Positions 24,918 through 27,125 of a DNA stretch of 27,125 nt are shown piece after piece (the stretch's first letter is position 1; each line of letters opens with the position of its first letter). Location of the stretch: the NCBI GenBank assembly GCA_038523235.1, contig JBCBJQ010000078.1, forward strand, positions 1 through 27,125, in the 5' to 3' direction. The notes below the pieces were generated by a model that was not told the origin of the DNA, searched no databases, and worked only from the letters and a program-made list of their open reading frames with translations. Position numbers and translations under genes: made by a program. The stretch is from Cyanobacteria bacterium J06626_4. GTDB taxonomy: Bacteria > Cyanobacteriota > Cyanobacteriia > Phormidesmidales > Phormidesmidaceae.

Positions 24918-26441
24918 CTATTCCAACGCTGATATGTTCAAGCCTTCTAGGGTGGTGAAAAACGTTCGCAGGCGTGTCCTGATTTGCTCAACGCCCCCTT
25001 CAACTTTCGACTCGATGTTGAGTGGCAGCACCGGATCGTGCAGCGAAAGCCGTAATAAAAACCAGCCGTTTTCAGCTGCTGCCGGACAAGCGACGCGAAT
25101 GCCTTCGTAGTTTTTGGGCACCACCATCCAGTCGGGCTGAGTGGCGACAAAGGCTTTGAGTTGACCAATCACGTTCATGCCGTAGGGTTTGAAATCAGGC
25201 ACCTGAATCTTGAGGCGAAACTCTTCGCTTTCCTGCGGCTCCTGCAGGCTGGTGATGAGATCGGTCAGCCGCTGGCCCGCCAGTCGCGCTTTGGCCAGTT
25301 CGGCCAGCAGCTTGCTGACCAGATAAGCGCCGTCGTCTAAAAAGTAGTTCTCTTTCATGGCGCCGTGGCCGGAGGTCTCGATCGCTAACCACGATTCTTG
25401 ACCCGCTTCATTTAACCGCATCGACTCGTTGATGACGTTTTTATAGCCGCGCTTAAACCGGTGGTGAATCCCCCCCAACTCGGTTTCGATGAACTGGGTG
25501 AGGCCATCGGAGGTGATCGAGTCGGTCACAATGGTGGAGCCGGGGTGGGCCTGCAGCACGATCGCGGAAATCAGGGCAATCAGACGGTTGCGGTTGAGTT
25601 CGCGCCCCTCATGATCGACTGCCGCACCGCGATCGACGTCAGTGTCAAAAATGATGCCAAAATCTGCTTGGCTGTCCACTACTGCCTGACAGATGGCGGC
25701 CATCGCTTCAGCGTTTTCCGGGTTGGGCACGTGGTTGGGAAAGGTGCCATCAGGATCGAGAAACTGGCTGCCGGTGGTATCAGCTCCCAGCGGCGCTAAC
25801 ACCTGGTCGGCATAAAAGCCGCCCGCGCCATTGCCCGCATCGACGACAATTTTGAGCCCCTGTAGGGGTTGGTCAAAGTGGTCAGGATGATTCACCGCCT
25901 GGCGAATCTGCTGCACCAACGCAGCGGCATAGGTCCCAATCAGATCGCGCGGTTCGATCGCCCCAGCGGTACTGGCTTTGGTGAAAGTCTCACCGGCCTC
26001 TGCCCGCTGCAAGATAGCGGTAATATCGGCTTTGCCCAGACCGCCTTGACGGGTAAAAAACTTCAGGCCGTTGCGGTTAAACGGCAGATGGCTGGCGGTA
26101 AGCATAATTGCCCCGTCGCAGCTAAATTCGGGCAGCACCGTGCTCATAAACATCGCCGGGGTGGAGGCCATGCCGACGTCATAGACCCGACTGCCCAAGG
26201 CAGCCATGCCCGCGATCGCGGCTGACATCAGGGTGGGGCCAGAGAGGCGACTATCGCGCCCGACGGCGATGACGAGCTGAGTCACGGGTTTATCAAGTTT
26301 CGCAGCGAGCCAGGTGATAAACGCTTGGCCCAGCGTGGTGACGACATCAGGGGTAAGATTCACCGGTTCATCAGGCACGCCGGTGAGCGCTACGCCCCGA
26401 ATATCGGAGCCGTTTTGCAAGGCTGCCCAGTTCACGCGCAT
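24918..26441 (-). CDS. Phosphomannomutase/phosphoglucomutase (alpha-D-phosphohexomutase)
   Basis: LQNGSDIRG, GRDSRLS, phosphoserine motif TASHLP, metal loop FDTDVDR and AIETSGH. Start is probably ATG 26441 (26456 or 26492 possible). Confidence 0.95.
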   Translation of the reverse strand: MRVNWAALQNGSDIRGVALTGVPDEPVNLTPDVVTTLGQAFITWLAAKLDKPVTQLVIAVGRDSRLSGPTLMSAAIAGMAALGSRVYDVGMASTPAMFMSTVLPEFSCDGAIMLTASHLPFNRNGLKFFTRQGGLGKADITAILQRAEAGETFTKASTAGAIEPRDLIGTYAAALVQQIRQAVNHPDHFDQPLQGLKIVVDAGNGAGGFYADQVLAPLGADTTGSQFLDPDGTFPNHVPNPENAEAMAAICQAVVDSQADFGIIFDTDVDRGAAVDHEGRELNRNRLIALISAIVLQAHPGSTIVTDSITSDGLTQFIETELGGIHHRFKRGYKNVINESMRLNEAGQESWLAIETSGHGAMKENYFLDDGAYLVSKLLAELAKARLAGQRLTDLITSLQEPQESEEFRLKIQVPDFKPYGMNVIGQLKAFVATQPDWMVVPKNYEGIRVACPAAAENGWFLLRLSLHDPVLPLNIESKVEGGVEQIRTRLRTFFTTLEGLNISALE

Positions 26442-26666
26442 TGTTGACCCCACCATAAAGCGATCGCTCCACTTGCTGTCCGTTCTCACCATAGGAGCAG
26501 CTTTGGTAATGGGGTGATTTCTTCAGCTTTTTTGCACGTGCGATCGCCTAACAATATGTTCTGGATGTATTGACGTTACGGAGTGCGGCATGGCTAAGCG
26601 GCATGTAATGCGTATGCGGAGTTTGCTTGCCATAATAGCGGCGAGACCTCACGCGACTTAACAACT

Positions 26667-27034
26667 ATGGTTGTAGAACTGCTAACGCCAGTGGCGGGCT
26701 GGGCACTGGGCAAGACGGCGGATACCGTTTGGACGCTGGCGACGGATCAAGTGCAGACGAAACTGCAGCGAACGGATGTTGAGCGGGCGATTAAAGCTGG
26801 GTTGGCAGCAGTCAGAGAATGGGAGCAGCCGCTAGGTTTGCCAGAACTGCTCTTCAAAGCCTGTGATGATAAGCAAAAGCGGCAGTTTTTGGAGCAGGTG
26901 TTCGCTAATGCGGGGGTTGTAGAGCAGCTACAGCGTCCGCTGATGGGCAAAAAGGAGAACCCGACGTGGTGCTGCTGCAGAAGTATTTTGAACAAATTGC
27001 GAGTGACACAGGCACTAATTTGACCTATATCTGA
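26667..27034 (+). pseudogene. Frameshifted, truncated N-terminus of a probable NACHT/STAND-type NTPase
   Basis: Helical N-terminus (VERAIKAGL..LFKACD..FLEQVF..VVEQLQRPL) resembles cyanobacterial NACHT N-terminal domains. It continues in the -1 frame as QKGEPDVVLLQKYFEQIA and runs into the terminal repeat. No P-loop is present. Confidence 0.55.
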
Positions 27035-27125
27035 CAGTTTTCAACCACTATTCTAGGCACTCGATTTTTCATTAGCCGCCGCCTATGCCACTTTGCATTT
27101 TCTTTGAGGAGTGGTTGATATCAAG
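27017..27125. repeat. Right copy of the terminal inverted repeat
   Basis: Reverse complement of 1-110. It interrupts the gene starting at 26667. Confidence 0.9.

Larger units (their letters stand above)
120..26546. repeat. Dispersed HIP1 octamers (GCGATCGC)
   Basis: About 44 copies by eye (e.g. 120, 311, 643, 2387, 2469, 3578, 20461, 22342, 26539), against fewer than 1 expected by chance. This is a cyanobacterial hallmark. Confidence 0.95.

Noticed and set aside
21160..26210. HIP1 depletion (a single site, at 22342) as proof of foreign origin
   Set aside because: It is suggestive only, because pfkA and most of the phosphomannomutase gene also lack HIP1 over 1-1.3 kb.
185..26995. Numerous 60-175 aa antisense or overlapping ORFs in the track
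   Set aside because: They are shadows of well-supported genes and carry no motifs. The N-terminal extensions at 5319, 7563, 18304 and 19528 were trimmed for the same reason.
1..27125. Linear plasmid/phage with terminal inverted repeats, or an intact transposon
   Set aside because: There are no replication, terminal-protein, phage or transposase genes. The cargo looks chromosomal, the right repeat cuts a gene, and the 77-nt exact identity suggests an assembly break.
1..27125. CRISPR array, tRNA or rRNA genes
   Set aside because: No regularly spaced 25-40 bp repeats and no recognisable structural RNA genes were seen.

Overview
A 27.1-kb cyanobacterial accessory region. About 44 HIP1 octamers (GCGATCGC) were counted by eye, and gene style suggests a Leptolyngbya/Nodosilinea-like filamentous lineage (inference). 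Both ends carry the same ~110-bp repeat in inverted orientation. The first 77 nt are identical, which points to a contig broken at a multicopy, probably mobile, element. The region holds pfkA, a phosphomannomutase/phosphoglucomutase, and many stand-alone detoxification, redox and envelope genes: an AraC-SDR-SnoaL-AKR cluster, an ankyrin membrane protein, a 4Fe-4S/cNMP-binding membrane protein, an orphan LanC-like enzyme, a tautomerase, an alpha/beta hydrolase, a GST, a P-loop kinase, and a MarR/siderophore-interacting protein (SIP)/methyltransferase module. The main structure missing from the ORF track is a set of diverged direct repeats. (i) pfkA lies between the 3' end of gene 112-876 and a HIP1-to-HIP1 diverged copy of that end. 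(ii) The MarR-SIP-methyltransferase module lies between two ~240-bp copies of a formerly coding fragment. (iii) The SIP gene contains an ~89%-identical tandem duplication of its N-terminal domain plus 5' UTR, read through in frame. Together with several gene stumps (MmyB-like, glycosyltransferase-like, IS1 InsA, NACHT-type N-terminus), these suggest a hotspot of repeated allele import and cassette replacement. Family assignments come from motif recognition only; no database search was possible.
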